Shown in pieces: positions 8,502-17,282 of a stretch of 31,751 nt of DNA. Positions within the stretch are counted from its first letter, which is position 1, and each line of letters begins with the position of its first letter. Below the pieces are notes generated by a model. It made no database searches and had not been told where the DNA came from. It saw only the letters and a list, made by a program, of their open reading frames with translations. Position numbers and translations under genes: made by a program. Source of the DNA: an uncultured virus (IMG/VR IMGVR_UViG_2061766007_000036) (taxonomy: Duplodnaviria; Heunggongvirae; Uroviricota; Caudoviricetes). The DNA lies in the IMG/VR virus record IMGVR_UViG_2061766007_000036; one strand, 5' to 3'.

Positions 8502-8530
8502 ATAGTATCACACATCATACCATATGTCAA
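8502..8530 (-). promoter_or_regulatory. sigmaA promoter TTGACA-17-TACTAT
   Basis: Direct reading. Confidence 0.75.
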
Positions 8531-8642
8531 GCAAAAATCCTAAAAAATAATTATTTATTTTAAAGTTTTTCCGTCGTGCCTGCGCCTCTCGCCCGCAGAC
8601 GTATGGATTGATAATCCGCCCCGCCTAAAAAAAGATGGGCGC

Positions 8643-8858
8643 TTATGCGCCCAACGCTAAGTGTTCCTTTGCTTCTTTTGGCTCTTCTTCCTCCCAATAG
8701 GAGACGTTCTCCCAATCAAATGGGGTGTGTTCCCCAAAGCGCTTCTCTACAGGCATCCTATCTGTGAATTGCTTCACGATAGCGCCGTGGTGAATCATCT
8801 TGTACTGAAGGTAGTAGTACCCTGCATCGAACCATTCATCAAATAAGTGCTCGTACAT
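8643..8858 (-). CDS. Hypothetical protein, 71 aa
   Basis: AAGGAGG RBS. Confidence 0.75.
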   Translation of the reverse strand: MYEHLFDEWFDAGYYYLQYKMIHHGAIVKQFTDRMPVEKRFGEHTPFDWENVSYWEEEEPKEAKEHLALGA

Positions 8859-8879
8859 TTATCGTCCTCCTTCTTGACC

Positions 8880-9026
8880 TCACGCCCAAGCCTTGTGCTT
8901 GGGCTTGCGGGAGAAACTCCCCTTTCCCTTCTTGGGCTTTACAGCGGAACCTCTCCGCTGAAACTGAAGGTACTCCCTCAGTTCCTCGCCCGTCTTTTTG
9001 TTTACTCTCGCATCAAAGTTCTTCAT
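8880..9026 (-). CDS. ArfA-like (alternative ribosome-rescue factor A-like) basic protein, 48 aa, not in ORF track
   Basis: MKNFDARVNKKTGEELREYLQFQRRGSAVKPKKGKGSFSRKPKHKAWA; KKGKGS[YF]xRKxKH signature; AAGGGAG RBS; promoter 9056-9084. Confidence 0.7.
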   Translation of the reverse strand: MKNFDARVNKKTGEELREYLQFQRRGSAVKPKKGKGSFSRKPKHKAWA

Positions 9027-9055
9027 CTCGGTGTCTCCCTTCACTTGATGGTCTT

Positions 9056-9084
9056 ATTATACCGTATATGTAGATATATGTCTA
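9056..9084 (-). promoter_or_regulatory. sigmaA promoter TAGACA-17-TATAAT
   Basis: Direct reading. Confidence 0.75.
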
Positions 9085-9169
9085 TTGGCAGAATGCACAA
9101 AAATCCTAATATATAATTATTTACTATTGACAGAAAAAGAGCACTCCCTCTCGGAAGTGCCCTCATCCG

Positions 9170-9682
9170 TCATGCGTAAACCAACTTATCGCAGAACGTT
9201 TCCATATGTGTAAGCAACGAAGGATTGCCCTCAGCAAGCCGTACAATCGCCCGTACGGCGCTTTTGCGTTTCCTGTACATTTTCCTTTGGTACACCGTGA
9301 AGTTGATGTAGAAGTCCTCTGTGCGCCCGTACAGAGCCTCTGTGGTCTCCGTGGGTGTCGCACCGTCAAGATACCGCATCTGAACCACCAACCGCTCGTC
9401 GGGTTCTAACTTGCTAGCGATGTACTCGATGTTGTGCTTGTGCTCCTCGTGAAGCGCCTGTATATCCCGAAGGTAACTGAGCAAGCCGTCCTCTTGGCTC
9501 AGCATAATCCCTATCTTATCGGGGTCTGCACTCGGCGCTCTCGGCATCCCGTTAAGGCTTGGTGACGATACCGACTCCATACGGTCGCTTAAGACTCGCA
9601 CTCGTTCCGACTGATTCTCTATCTCTCGCTCCGTCCGTCGATATGCTTCCAACCACTGGGTTACGATGTCTTGGCTGCTCAT
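9170..9682 (-). CDS. RinA/ArpU-like phage transcriptional regulator
   Basis: WLEAYR...GMPR...LEPDERLVVQMRYLDG; last gene of replication operon. Confidence 0.7.
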   Translation of the reverse strand: MSSQDIVTQWLEAYRRTEREIENQSERVRVLSDRMESVSSPSLNGMPRAPSADPDKIGIMLSQEDGLLSYLRDIQALHEEHKHNIEYIASKLEPDERLVVQMRYLDGATPTETTEALYGRTEDFYINFTVYQRKMYRKRKSAVRAIVRLAEGNPSLLTHMETFCDKLVYA

Positions 9683-9692
9683 AGATTGATAA

Positions 9693-10067
9693 TCAGAACG
9701 GGAGGTCTTCCGAAGCGTCAACGTCGTCGTACTTCTCCGCTCTGTTCCCGTTCGGGGAGTCGCAGAACTCTACACTTTCCACCACGAACTCCACGTTTCT
9801 CCTGCGCTCGCCGTTCTTGTTCGTCCACTCACGAACCTGCGGGGTCGACTCAACAAGAATCTTCTTGCCTTTCGTGAAGTACTCGGCGATGAACTCCGCC
9901 GTGTTCTTCCACGCCACGTAGTCAAAGAAGTCCGTGATTTTGTTTCCGTTCGCATCTTTGAACCGTCTGTCAACTGCTAACACGAAACTAACCACAGGTG
10001 TGCCCGTGTCCGTGTGCCTCAGCTCGGGGTCAGCCGTGAATCGTCCTGTCTGAATACATCTGTTCAT
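9693..10067 (-). CDS. ssb: Single-stranded DNA-binding protein
   Basis: MNRCIQTGRFTADPELR...TDFF..VAW; acidic DLPF tail. Confidence 0.95.
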   Translation of the reverse strand: MNRCIQTGRFTADPELRHTDTGTPVVSFVLAVDRRFKDANGNKITDFFDYVAWKNTAEFIAEYFTKGKKILVESTPQVREWTNKNGERRRNVEFVVESVEFCDSPNGNRAEKYDDVDASEDLPF

Positions 10068-10070
10068 ATC

Positions 10071-10514
10071 TCATTTCTCCTTTTTGTTGTAAACTCTGAG
10101 CTTTCCGCCGGGCCAGTAATCCTGCCGGTCGGGCATCCGTTTGAAAATCTTGTCCCAAAACCTCTGCGCAGGTATGTTCTTGTCCATCACGAACAGGCAG
10201 GGGTCTTTCGCCTTGTACATGTTCAGCGTTTTCTTAACCAGTTCGGTCGCCAATCCCTTTCGGCGGCTCTCGGGTCTGACGTACAGGTCTTGAATGAAAA
10301 TGTCGCAGTCCGGGTCACACTCCGGCGGGAAGGACACGATGATGAATCCTGCCGCTTCCTTGTCGTCGGGGTCGTAAGTTAACCGATACGTGATGTACGG
10401 GTCGCTCTGCATCTCCTTCAGCCAAATGACGATGTCCTGTTCGGGAACCTCGTCCACACCGTCCATCCTCTGCAACTGATGTTTATAGTCTATATACAAC
10501 TCCTCGGGAACCAT
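10071..10514 (-). CDS. GNAT family acetyltransferase
   Basis: LYVRPESRRKGLAT acetyl-CoA motif; NxPAxxFW. Confidence 0.85.
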   Translation of the reverse strand: MVPEELYIDYKHQLQRMDGVDEVPEQDIVIWLKEMQSDPYITYRLTYDPDDKEAAGFIIVSFPPECDPDCDIFIQDLYVRPESRRKGLATELVKKTLNMYKAKDPCLFVMDKNIPAQRFWDKIFKRMPDRQDYWPGGKLRVYNKKEK

Positions 10515-10518
10515 TTCC

Positions 10519-11304
10519 TCACCCCATTCCGTAACTCTTTGCAAGGACGTAGTCCCTCAGAGCGTCTGTTACATTCTTAGCCGTAGTCACTCCACAGGAA
10601 GGCCACGCAACCATCTTCTTAAACTCGCACTTCGCAAGTTCTCCAAGAGTACCAATCCCCTGTTCCCGCAGAACACGCCTGCCTCGAACCGAAATCCCTC
10701 CGACTTCGTTCACAGAGTTATTGATAATCCCCACCTTCTCCAACGCTGCTTCCAGTTCCCCGGCTTCCAGCATCTTCAGTGTTGCGTCGTAGTTGTCCTG
10801 CGCCTTCTTTAAGCCACTCAGCAGAATCTGCATCGTCCCGTCGTGCTTCATCTTCCGCAGAGCGTCCGCCTTAATCTGCTGAACCCTCTGCCGTGTGATG
10901 CCCATCTGCTCGCTCGTAGCCTTCATGTTCAGTCCGTTCTTATAGAGCAATTCAAGCACAATCCTTGTCCGTTCGTCAAGGCGAGACCAAAAGTGCTCCA
11001 CAGTCTCCTCCCAATCCTCGGGAAGTACGAAAGCGTTAGTACCCGTCAGTTCTTCGTAGAAGTTGTACGGGAATTCCGTCTTCTTCTTTGCCCCCTTATT
11101 GTGCGTCGCTTGGTACAGACCTCGCTTCGTGAAGTTCGTTCCGTCGGGAGCGTCGGGGATATTCGCCCACCACTTCACAGCCATGACTCCAATGAAACTG
11201 TTCGTCTTTGCGTCAAAGTAGTCACAGTTCGCCATGCTCTTTCCTGCCACGAGAAACCGTCCGCTCTTCGCAGGGAGCCTCTCATCAACACTCACCCATT
11301 GCAT
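10519..11304 (-). CDS. DUF551-like + sigma70 region-4 HTH + RNA polymerase alpha-CTD-like fusion protein
   Basis: WVSVDERLP; GITRQRVQQIKADALRKMK; ISVRGRRVLREQGIGTLGEL...CGVTT. Confidence 0.75.
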   Translation of the reverse strand: MQWVSVDERLPAKSGRFLVAGKSMANCDYFDAKTNSFIGVMAVKWWANIPDAPDGTNFTKRGLYQATHNKGAKKKTEFPYNFYEELTGTNAFVLPEDWEETVEHFWSRLDERTRIVLELLYKNGLNMKATSEQMGITRQRVQQIKADALRKMKHDGTMQILLSGLKKAQDNYDATLKMLEAGELEAALEKVGIINNSVNEVGGISVRGRRVLREQGIGTLGELAKCEFKKMVAWPSCGVTTAKNVTDALRDYVLAKSYGMG

Positions 11305-11342
11305 ACATTCTTCTCTCCTTGTTTCATCGTTTGATAATCCGC

Positions 11343-12179
11343 TCATAGCCCAAGTAATTCCTCCATCTCCGCCTTCGTGTCGACCAACGCCTTCTTGCGT
11401 CTGTCTCCACCCTTTACTTCGTAAGGCACGCACATATCGTACAGCCTGCTGAACAACCGTTTGTCCCTAATTTCGGCGGGTCTAATCAGTTCGTCAGCCG
11501 TCAGATTCGTAGTTACAATCAGTGGCTTGCCCGAAGTGTACCGTGCATCAACGACCATCTGAACCGTGCCTGCCACGTATTCCGTGTTCCGCTCGGCTGA
11601 AAGGTCATCTATCACCAACAGCTCGTACTTGTCCAAATCGTTCAAGAACGACATCTTCTTATCAGCGTCCAACAACGCAGTCGTCAGCCGTGAGAAGTTC
11701 GTCATCATGCAAGGAACGCCTTTGTCTATCAGAGCGTTTACTATACAGGCGGCGTAGAAGGTCTTGCCCGTCCCTACCGTCCCGTACAGCAGTAGTCCTT
11801 TGCCACGTTCCCGCATCTCCGAAAACTTCTCGACGTATCGCCTGGCCAACTTCGACAGTTTCGTATCCGGGCTGTCATCGTTTGAAAATGTCATCCCTCG
11901 AACCTGCATGTCCTGCATACCGTCTCGCCGCAGTCTCTCTGCTTCCCGCACTCGGCTTTCTGCCCGTTGGCGCTCCTCCTCGGCATCGTACTCGTTCTGT
12001 CGGCATTCACACAGGCAACTTACCGTGAGTGTTTTCCCGTCAAGTTCCACCGTGGTCTGCTTCGGGGTATGGCACTTACCGCAGTAAAGCAATCCGTCTT
12101 GTTCGTAGTCTCCGTCTTCTCGCTCAATGACTTCAGCGGATTTCTCCGCTATCTCATTAAGCAAATCCATAAAACCCAT
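11343..12179 (-). CDS. DnaC/IstB-like helicase-loader ATPase
   Basis: CGKC/CEC Zn motif, GTVGTGKT Walker A, LLVIDD Walker B, TTN. Confidence 0.92.
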   Translation of the reverse strand: MGFMDLLNEIAEKSAEVIEREDGDYEQDGLLYCGKCHTPKQTTVELDGKTLTVSCLCECRQNEYDAEEERQRAESRVREAERLRRDGMQDMQVRGMTFSNDDSPDTKLSKLARRYVEKFSEMRERGKGLLLYGTVGTGKTFYAACIVNALIDKGVPCMMTNFSRLTTALLDADKKMSFLNDLDKYELLVIDDLSAERNTEYVAGTVQMVVDARYTSGKPLIVTTNLTADELIRPAEIRDKRLFSRLYDMCVPYEVKGGDRRKKALVDTKAEMEELLGL

Positions 12180-12185
12180 TCTCTA

Positions 12186-13016
12186 TCACCTACCGAACAC
12201 GTCATACAGTTCATCATCTTCGTCCGTACGTTCCCTAAGCCGCTTGCCGGTGTCCCCAATGTCAGAACCAACAGTGGCGTTAAGGTAACTCTCAAACTTG
12301 GTACTAAAGAGTGTCATCGGTCTCAGATACTCTTCCATCCTCGTTCCCTTCCACTCTTTGACCTTCTTGTCTATAACGGTCTTGAAGTCCTCAACCGTGA
12401 ACCCTTCGCTGAGCCGTGCTCGAATGTGTTTTCGAGTGTCTTCAGTCTTGGCTCTGTATTTTGTCCCGGCTTTCTCGTTCAAGTAATTGACAATCTCGAG
12501 TGTTCTTTCGTCAATTTCCGTCGTTTTTTCTTTCTTTATATTTCTTTCTTTTATATCTAGTTCTATCTCTTTCTCTATACTCTTACTCTTACTCTCGTTA
12601 TTTTTCGTAACGCTCGTGTAACGTTCCGGTAACGCTAACTCCTTCTGACGCTCTCTGAAACGCCTCTGCCGATTGGCGTTGTCGTTGTCTACAGCAGACC
12701 CCATCATCTTCTGAACCTCGTTCATGTAGAACGTTCCATCGTCCATCAGTTCCATCATCCCGAGTTCCGTAAAGATGTTGATTGCGTTGCGTACGATGTC
12801 CACGTTGGTGTCCGTTATCGTGGAGAGCATCTGTTCGTTGTACGGAATCTGTTCGCTGAACCTCAAGTTCCCCTCGTGGTCTACGCTCTCACAAAGGAGT
12901 TTCAAGTAGAAAAGAACGTAGTCCTTGCCGTTGGGCATCCCCTCTATGATTCGTATGTCGTGTCTTTTGAAAAAGTCCCTCTTCAACTTCAGCCAGTAAA
13001 ACTTACCGTCTGCCAT
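12186..13016 (-). CDS. Phage replisome organizer / replication initiator (N-terminal organizer + conserved phage C-terminal domain)
   Basis: FYWLKLKRDFF...LFYLKLL; IVNYLNEKAG...YLRPMTLFSTKFESYLN. Confidence 0.92.
   Translation of the reverse strand: MADGKFYWLKLKRDFFKRHDIRIIEGMPNGKDYVLFYLKLLCESVDHEGNLRFSEQIPYNEQMLSTITDTNVDIVRNAINIFTELGMMELMDDGTFYMNEVQKMMGSAVDNDNANRQRRFRERQKELALPERYTSVTKNNESKSKSIEKEIELDIKERNIKKEKTTEIDERTLEIVNYLNEKAGTKYRAKTEDTRKHIRARLSEGFTVEDFKTVIDKKVKEWKGTRMEEYLRPMTLFSTKFESYLNATVGSDIGDTGKRLRERTDEDDELYDVFGR
12520..12640. other. Probable replication origin inside initiator gene
   Basis: GTAACG at 12607, 12618, 12629 (11-bp period) next to an AT-rich, strand-biased tract. Confidence 0.55.
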
Positions 13017-13020
13017 ATCC

Positions 13021-13215
13021 TCACTCCCTCATATCAAGTTTCATCTTAAAGTCTATTACGTGGTACACCCGGTCAGAAGGTCTCGTGTCAACGACGCTGC
13101 AGTAGAAAGGGCACGGCTTTGAAAATACGGTGTCCGTCAGAGCCATGCACTTTCCATGCACCGTGTAGTTGTTGCAGTCGCTTTTCTGTTGAACGCATTT
13201 CGCCAACAGAGCCAT
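13021..13215 (-). CDS. Cys-rich hypothetical protein
   Basis: CMALTD...CPFY. Confidence 0.7.
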   Translation of the reverse strand: MALLAKCVQQKSDCNNYTVHGKCMALTDTVFSKPCPFYCSVVDTRPSDRVYHVIDFKMKLDMRE

Positions 13216-13219
13216 AAGG

Positions 13220-13993
13220 TCATCCCGCCTTTTCGTCTTTGTGCTTCATTGCGCAGTTCACGCAGAGGGTCTTGGCGTACTTGCGTCTTGTGGAGACGAT
13301 AATGTCCGCCTTCTTATAGGTCTTGCCGTTAATTACGGTGTCCTCAATCGTGGCGTTGCACTCCTCACACAGAGCAACATCACTATTGAAGTGCTCCTTC
13401 GCCTTGGCTTCCACCTCCGCAAAGGCTTCCGCAGGCTTCGGAGCCTCTACCTTGGGGGCAGGTCGCTTCACCGTGGACTTTTTGTTCGCATCCCACTCAA
13501 AGCAGGTCTTCCCATTGGCGGTAATGACCAACCGTGAGATGCGGTCGTTGTCGTCATAAGCAATTTCCTTGACCTCGAACTTGTCCCAACACTCGAACTT
13601 GCCCTTGTCGTTCTTCTTAATGTTCACAGTGCCACTGTTTGAGAATATGGTCACATCCGGGGCTGTGTACAACGCCCTGCCAATACCGTGTTTGAAGCCT
13701 GCCCTCTTAAAGGCATCGCTTGCCCTGCCCTTCTCGGCTTCCGTGAAACTCTCAACGCCTGCGTCCCACTTCCATACGAAGTGTCCGTTGCCCTCGTAGT
13801 CCACGCCGATACCGCCGTACAGGACTCCGTCAACAAGTTTGAAGTCGTTCTCCCAACGTTCGGGGCCAACCGTCTCGTCCAACAGTGACGCATCTGTCCG
13901 TGCGGTCTTGTACAGAAGCAGTGTCAGCCTCTTCTCAGAAATCTGATTGATTCTGCACTCAATCTCATCTGCTCTCAGTGTTCTGAATCCCAT
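13220..13993 (-). CDS. Sak/Rad52-like single-strand annealing protein
   Basis: LLLYKTAR...WKWDAG...EKGRASDAFKRAG..GIGRxLY. Confidence 0.85.
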   Translation of the reverse strand: MGFRTLRADEIECRINQISEKRLTLLLYKTARTDASLLDETVGPERWENDFKLVDGVLYGGIGVDYEGNGHFVWKWDAGVESFTEAEKGRASDAFKRAGFKHGIGRALYTAPDVTIFSNSGTVNIKKNDKGKFECWDKFEVKEIAYDDNDRISRLVITANGKTCFEWDANKKSTVKRPAPKVEAPKPAEAFAEVEAKAKEHFNSDVALCEECNATIEDTVINGKTYKKADIIVSTRRKYAKTLCVNCAMKHKDEKAG

Positions 13994-14003
13994 CTCTCTT
14001 ACC

Positions 14004-14477
14004 TCACTTTATCTCCAATTTTGTTCTTTCTTCGATGTGTGCGAACGGTACTTCTCCGTTCTCGTTAATGTAATCCTTGATAGCCGTCAAGTCGGGCTTC
14101 CAACTTTCTGTGTGTCTCATCAACTCGGGGTGCGTATTCCTCAAAGCGTCCTCATCCGTGACCACCGTACCCTTGCTCGTGCGATAGGACATCGCAACCT
14201 TTGTGCTCTTGAACGTCGACCCATTGAGAATCTGCCCGAGATACTTCAGCAGGCTCTCCGCCTTCTTGTCCGCTCTCTCCGCACGTTTCTTCAGATTCTG
14301 TATCTCATCCTCTATTGCTTTCTTCTCAGCTCTCAGTTCCTTGACCCAACAGCCCATCCCCTCAATCTTCTTGTCTCGTTCCATCGACAGCCTCTCGAAT
14401 TCCTCGAAGTCAAGGAGTTCGCCTGTCTCACCGTCAACAAGACTCAGAAGGGCTTCGTCAATCTCGTATATCGTCAT
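14004..14477 (-). CDS. Siphovirus Gp157 family protein
   Basis: MTIYEI...KIE...coiled coil...KPDLTAIK. Confidence 0.85.
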   Translation of the reverse strand: MTIYEIDEALLSLVDGETGELLDFEEFERLSMERDKKIEGMGCWVKELRAEKKAIEDEIQNLKKRAERADKKAESLLKYLGQILNGSTFKSTKVAMSYRTSKGTVVTDEDALRNTHPELMRHTESWKPDLTAIKDYINENGEVPFAHIEERTKLEIK

Positions 14478-14589
14478 CCTTTTCCCCCATTACTCTGATA
14501 TCTATCTTCTTCTCTTCCAACGCCTTCTTCAGTTCTTCTAACGTGCTTATCCCTCTCTTTCGCAGTTCCTCCATTACCTCTTCATCCAT
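14458..14589 (-). CDS. Hypothetical protein, 43 aa (MDEEVMEELRKRGISTLEEL...), not in ORF track
   Basis: AAAGTGGTG RBS; first gene after promoter 14666-14694. Confidence 0.6.
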   Translation of the reverse strand: MDEEVMEELRKRGISTLEELKKALEEKKIDIRVMGEKDDDIRD

Positions 14590-14665
14590 TTCTATGTCAC
14601 CACTTTCTGCAATTGTCAGTACCAACTGTCATTCTCTTGGCACTCGTATCCCAAAACTTGTCTGA

Positions 14666-14694
14666 ATTATACCACATAGTTTTTGAGATGTCAA
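14666..14694 (-). promoter_or_regulatory. sigmaA promoter TTGACA-17-TATAAT driving replication operon (divergent from repressor)
   Basis: Direct reading. Confidence 0.85.
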
Positions 14695-14827
14695 CAGGAA
14701 ATCAGCCGTTTTAAGTAAAAATATTTACCGCAACCGTGCTTTGCTAATAAAAATCCTGCAAGAACACTTGACATCCTGTGCGGAATATGTCTAAATAGTA
14801 GCACAACTATCGAAAGGATTGATAATC

Positions 14828-15157
14828 ATGTTGACCGTAGATTACGAAGTTTTCCGAGAAAGGCTCAGACAGTTACGGGACAGCAAGGGACTGAATTCGC
14901 AGGCGTTGGCAGACTACACCGGTATGTCGGCAGCTGCTATTTCACGCTATCTTAACGGTTCCCGCATCCCCGACATCAACGCTATCCTTACGTTTGCAGA
15001 CTTCTTTGGCGTGCGAGCGGAGTGGATGTTCGGCATCGAACCCGTGGAAAGGTACGAAGATGTGGCAGACGAAGACCGCAAAAGAATCGACCTGTTCAAG
15101 TTGGCTTCCGAAAACGACAAGGCAGTCATCGACTTCATACTGTCGAAGTACAAATGA
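14828..15157 (+). CDS. XRE-family HTH repressor (CI-like)
   Basis: RLRQLRDSKGLNSQALA...AISRYLNGSRIP...ADFFGV; divergent from replication operon; coupled to integrase. Confidence 0.88.
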   Translation: MLTVDYEVFRERLRQLRDSKGLNSQALADYTGMSAAAISRYLNGSRIPDINAILTFADFFGVRAEWMFGIEPVERYEDVADEDRKRIDLFKLASENDKAVIDFILSKYK

Positions 15158-16776
15158 AAGCCGCTATCTACACTCGTGTCTCGACGACCCATCAGATTGA
15201 TAAAGACAGCCTGCGGGTACAGCAGCGGGAGCTGCTACAGTACGCCGAGCTGCTGTTGGGCACAAAGGAGTGCGTGGTGTTTGAGGACGCAGGATTCAGT
15301 GCAAAGAACACAGACCGCCCGAAGTTCCAAGAGATGATGTCCCGCATCCGTGCGGGCGAGTTCACTCACCTGCTTGTGTGGAAGATTGACCGTGTGTCCC
15401 GAAATCTTTTGGACTTCACGAATATGTACGCCGAGTTAAAGGCGTTAGGAGTCACCTTCATCTCGAAGAACGAGCAGTTCGATACGTCGTCCGCCATCGG
15501 CGAGGCAATGTTGAAAATCATACTGGTCTTCGCCGAACTGGAAAGGAACATGACATCCGAACGTGTGACTGCCGTAATGCAGTCCCGAGCCAAGAGCGGA
15601 GCGTGGAATGGGGGTCGTGTCCCCTACGGGTACTCTTACGACAAGGAGACGAAGGAGTTTTCCCTTAACAGACAGGAGTCCCTCGTTGTTAAAAAGTTAT
15701 TTAGGACGTACGAAGCGACCAAGTCCATAATAGCTACTACCCGAAACTTAAACGAAGCAGGAATCCGAACGAGAGCAGGAGCAAGTTGGAGCACCATCGG
15801 AGTTCACAAGATTCTGCGAAACCCATTCTACATCGGAACCTATCGATACAACGTCCACAGCCCGGACGGGAAGCACCCGGAGGAAGAATGGACGTTGATT
15901 GAAAATCATCACGTCCCGCTCATCGAAGCCGCTCAGTTCGACCGAGTCCAGGAAATCTTGTCACGGAACCAGAAGCTCAACCCGGATGACGTTAACTACT
16001 TCTCCCCGCATATCTACATCTTCCACGGGCTGTGTTTCTGCGGACACTGCGGGTCTAAGATGACACCCAACTCGTGCAAGCCCACGAAGTACGGGCATGC
16101 ATCCGCCACCTACGGGTGCGCCAAGAGGCGAAGCAAGGCATCGTATTGTTCTAACCGTTACCTCAACGAAGAAATCCTTGCCGATTTTGTCTTCACCGTC
16201 ATCCACAACTTACTGTCCGTTTCTGCCGAGCCACCGTCAGAAGGCTCTCTGTTCGCCTTACAAAGCCTTTTGCTCAAGGGGGTAAAAGAACCCAAGGGAA
16301 TAGAAGAACGCTCTCTCCGTGCCGTCTATGAAGCCACAGGCGGTAATTCTGCTCCGATAGAGTTCTCTCCTCGCTTTGACGCTTATGACCGTGAGGAATC
16401 CGAAATGCTATCGACCGAGTTGAAACGCACCGAGTCCACGCTCAAGAGGACGAAACGTTTGTACGTGAACGGGGGCATCGACGACGAGGAGTACGCTGCT
16501 CTGACTGAGGCGTTAGACAGTCAGATTGATAATCTGAAGCGGCGTCAGTCCGAGGCTGCTGTTGAAGCCGACGAGTTCCGTGAAAAGGCATCGTACTATT
16601 TGTTGGCAGACATGCTAACGACCGAGCCGTTTAACCCCAAAAAGTTCAACTCCGTCGTGTCCAAGAAAGCGAGAGAGCAGTTCGTACAGCAGGTTATTAA
16701 ACGCTTAATCATCTCCGATGGTCACGTTACCGTGATGGAGTTCCGTAGCGGACTCACGATAGAGTTCAAGTATTAG
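15154..16776 (+). CDS. Large serine recombinase (integrase)
   Basis: AIYTRVST catalytic motif, DRVSR, recombinase domain PYGY, Zn ribbon CGHC...C. Confidence 0.95.
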   Translation: MKAAIYTRVSTTHQIDKDSLRVQQRELLQYAELLLGTKECVVFEDAGFSAKNTDRPKFQEMMSRIRAGEFTHLLVWKIDRVSRNLLDFTNMYAELKALGVTFISKNEQFDTSSAIGEAMLKIILVFAELERNMTSERVTAVMQSRAKSGAWNGGRVPYGYSYDKETKEFSLNRQESLVVKKLFRTYEATKSIIATTRNLNEAGIRTRAGASWSTIGVHKILRNPFYIGTYRYNVHSPDGKHPEEEWTLIENHHVPLIEAAQFDRVQEILSRNQKLNPDDVNYFSPHIYIFHGLCFCGHCGSKMTPNSCKPTKYGHASATYGCAKRRSKASYCSNRYLNEEILADFVFTVIHNLLSVSAEPPSEGSLFALQSLLLKGVKEPKGIEERSLRAVYEATGGNSAPIEFSPRFDAYDREESEMLSTELKRTESTLKRTKRLYVNGGIDDEEYAALTEALDSQIDNLKRRQSEAAVEADEFREKASYYLLADMLTTEPFNPKKFNSVVSKKAREQFVQQVIKRLIISDGHVTVMEFRSGLTIEFKY

Positions 16777-16785
16777 GAGGAAGAA

Positions 16786-16971
16786 ATGCCACAGACCGAA
16801 GCGCAGAAGCGTGCGTATGCGAAATACCACAAGAAGAACATCCACCGTGTGTCCCTTGACTTGCAGAAATCCTACTACGAAATCGTCAAGGAGCACGCAG
16901 ACAAGGCAGGCGAATCCGTGAGCATGTACATTAAGCGGGCTCTCGAGGCTCGAATGTCAGCAGAGGATTGA
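16786..16971 (+). CDS. Ribbon-helix-helix (Arc-like) DNA-binding protein
   Basis: AQKRAYAKY...RVSL...GESVSMYIKRA. Confidence 0.8.
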   Translation: MPQTEAQKRAYAKYHKKNIHRVSLDLQKSYYEIVKEHADKAGESVSMYIKRALEARMSAED

Positions 16972-16979
16972 AAAAACGC

Positions 16980-17008
16980 TTTACAACAATTCCCGACTAT
17001 GTTATAAT
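16980..17008 (+). promoter_or_regulatory. sigmaA promoter TTTACA-17-TATAAT
   Basis: Direct reading. Confidence 0.7.
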
Positions 17009-17029
17009 ACATGTCGAGAGGTGAGATAA

Positions 17030-17212
17030 ATGGGAGTCACGACCCAACCCAAGCGGTTCATCACCAAGAAAGCATATGACCGCATCACCGTGCTTGTCCG
17101 TCACGATTTCAAGGACACCATAGAACGGCATGCAGAAGAACGAGGCGAGTCTGTAAACGCCTTTGTGCGTCGTGCGCTCTATGCCACTATGGAACAGGAT
17201 AATAACAAGTAA
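17030..17212 (+). CDS. Ribbon-helix-helix protein, paralogue
   Basis: YDRITV...HAEERGESVNAFVRRA. Confidence 0.8.
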   Translation: MGVTTQPKRFITKKAYDRITVLVRHDFKDTIERHAEERGESVNAFVRRALYATMEQDNNK

Positions 17213-17282
17213 GAGCGGAGCCGTCAGACTCCGCCCTGTTTTGTAAAGGGAGCGTGGGCTCCCAAGGTTGTTGTCGCCTTTT

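Noticed and set aside
5515..8616. Regularly spaced motif as a CRISPR array
   Set aside because: Repeat is only 11 bp and the intervening 380-610 bp segments are promoter-gene units; no cas genes
8880..9026. Programmed frameshift in the ArfA-like gene
   Set aside because: Careful re-reading gives a single open frame of 48 codons
15022..15153. N-terminal extension of the recombinase given in the ORF track
   Set aside because: Overlaps the repressor; the catalytic domain starts at MKAAIY (15154) with ATGA coupling
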